DNA from: Haliotis rubra
Lineage: Eukaryota
DNA length: 64,000 bases
Direction: 5' to 3'
Assembly: GCF_003918875.1 (NCBI RefSeq)
Contig: NW_025765159.1
Location: 1,798,001 to 1,862,000, forward strand
Shown here: positions 61,728 through 64,000 of the stretch, piece by piece
How positions within the stretch are numbered: the stretch's first letter is position 1
How the letters are laid out: each line of letters begins with the position of its first letter
The notes under the pieces: model-generated
Databases searched by the model: none
What the model was told of the DNA's origin: nothing
The model's input: only the letters and a program-made list of their open reading frames with translations
Made by a program: the position numbers and the translations under genes

Positions 61728-64000
61728 AATGCCCTGATATTGATGGTGTGGTATGGGGTAACATGGCAGTTTATCTATGCTCATCTTTTACCCAAGTTTT
61801 GTTACGTTTTTGTCCGCTTTAGTTTCAATTAGAAATACAATCAGCAAAGTTGCCCTAAGTTTATATCTTGGGTTGCCATGGTTGGTAAGCTGGTTACACT
61901 TTTGGCCGTGCCAGGAGTTGCTCGTCGTTATGTAGTTGCAATGATTTTAACGCTTCGGTTAAACAAATCTCACCTCGTGGTCCAGACGCGGTTATTTACA
62001 GATGGCCGCCATATAGCTGGAATATTGTTGAGTGCGGCGTTAAACAACACACAAACAAACACCTCACCTGGTCTTCATTCAGCACAAACATCGACGTCAG
62101 ACACATCATCTTCAGGAACTGAAACATGACAACGACTACATTACCCCTTTCTTGCAATTGAATCCCTGCTGGAAGGCGTGTCTCTATTGGAGATTTCTGT
62201 AATGTGATGTCTGTGATTTGATAGCATTGTGGACTTCTGACATCTGCCGGCAGCGATTCTTCACGGCTGATTACCATTCTGTTGATTGGTGTGGAATGTT
62301 GGAGTTATGAAGAACCCTCAATTCAGTTTGGGTTCATTGACAAGGAATGGCATATATAACTACAAATAGGCACTGGATTGGAATTTTTAGCGAACATCTG
62401 GTGTAATCACTCTTTGACAGTGATTCTTAGACACATGTTAACAAAATCGAAACAGAATTTTATTTGATAATTTCTTTTGAATATGGACGGGTTCTGTCGC
62501 TTATATTTACAGTCGTCTCAGACACAGCAATTGGCGCCGCTTGGATCCCTGAGCTGAATGCTCTGGGTGTACCAGAAACATTTGGTCCTGGGTCGAATCC
62601 CAGATCCTCTTAACTGAATATCATGGTTTATCGGTACCGTGCTTGTGCTCATGGGTTTCATCCAAGTGGTAAAATTGGTAAACCCTACTGGCTTCCTCCC
62701 ATGTATAAAACGAAAAGCAAAATATAGTTTTCTGAATCCTGTTTTGAGTATATGCCACTGACCTACAATTCGAACTGTGTTAAACGAAAATCCAATATTT
62801 GAACAGTAACTTACAAGCCCTGTGGATGACTCATCTCCTTTCTAACATTGACACGTGAGGGTGTGTTCCTGGACATTCTCTCGCCAGATGGAAACCAAAT
62901 TGGAATATATCTTGGTGTTTTTTACTTCTGTTCTAAAACATGTTCTGTAACCGTAAACCCTTCTCCATGAGTCATTTGAAATAACGTTTGTTTTTTAAGT
63001 ATTAACAAATCATAAACCCGAAACCCTTAGCTTTATTTTCATTTAATCGGTAAAATATATTATGAAGTCAAGCATCACAAGGCGTGTTACTACATTTAGC
63101 TGTTCTTGTAGCCATTTTCCTTTTCACCTTACCGGGTTAGTCACAAAGACCTCGGTCCCTGTTTCCAGAATGACAGCTGTATCAGGTGTTCAACAGAACG
63201 CCCTTAATTGAAATGCAATTTCAGAGACCTCTTAAAGTGAAAAAAGACACCATTGCCCACATGACAAATTAGTTTTGAATACAGGGAATAAAAAGTGCAC
63301 TTTGTGTGAGACCTTCTTTGCCTTGTGATGTCCACCTACTCTCGAACCATGTGCTGGAAAACACGACATTTACTGTTGACAGATGCATTGGTCCCAAGAG
63401 TAGGCCTACGTTTCAACAGAGGGACACCGTGTAAATAAAGTGAGCTTCTCTTGGTGGCATTACATCAGTAATATGCATCATGAATTGTGTTCCTTTCCTT
63501 CCGCCATCTTGCAATTTTACACACTCTCGAACCTTGTGATATAAATTAAAACGTGTTCACGTCTATGAGCTGATCCATTTGCCCTTAACATGATATGTAA
63601 GTTCTGTTGAAATTGAAACGTGCAATCTAGCACGTGGCTGAACAGCGACAGCTAATTGGTTAGTTAGGGACGTTTGTGTAGTTTTATTCACATCTTGAGA
63701 CCAACCAATCTATTCGTTGCATCAACCTGTAATCTAATTGAACCTTTTGACAATCGTCTTAACTAGAAAGAAGTATTGTTTCTCGACAGCCTAAATTTGA
63801 GCAGGACACTGGTGTGACGTTTGTAAAGCCGCCTGCGTCTGTTCAGAAGTGGATTTCAACTCACTGTGTAAAAAATTGAATGAACGAACACTGGTACCAG
63901 ACCGTCGGTCCTGGAATCCCATGAGGAAGTGCCTGTTACCTAAGACACAACCGGTAGTGACGCCTGAACTTCGGTGCCTTTCACTGTAACAGTAATGGTC

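Overview
Eukaryotic, repeat-rich genomic DNA from an invertebrate. The SINE families resemble those I recall from gastropod molluscs such as abalone, but this assignment is unverified. One protein-coding gene is supported, on the + strand: a divergent proteolipid (PLP/DM20/M6, GPM6A/B-like) tetraspan gene. It has four phase-compatible GT-AG exons (17188-17206, 19586-19748, 43264-43423, 53527-53665), giving 160 codons over 36.5 kb; its 3' exons lie beyond the window or were not recognised. The remainder is intergenic or intronic. It contains about 30 copies of a tRNA(Asp)-like SINE (SINE-A), about 17 copies of a SINE with no Pol III promoter (SINE-B), a Meta/MESC-type SINE, a 5'-truncated RTEX-like LINE, several MITE families (three with 9-bp TSDs and YR termini, AcademH-like), and at least ten minisatellites and microsatellites. 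Almost all entries in the ORF track are spurious. The most interesting observation is that SINE-B begins precisely at a compact pseudoknotted RNA fold whose pairing is retained across copies, making it a candidate self-processing ribozyme or other structured retroposon head.
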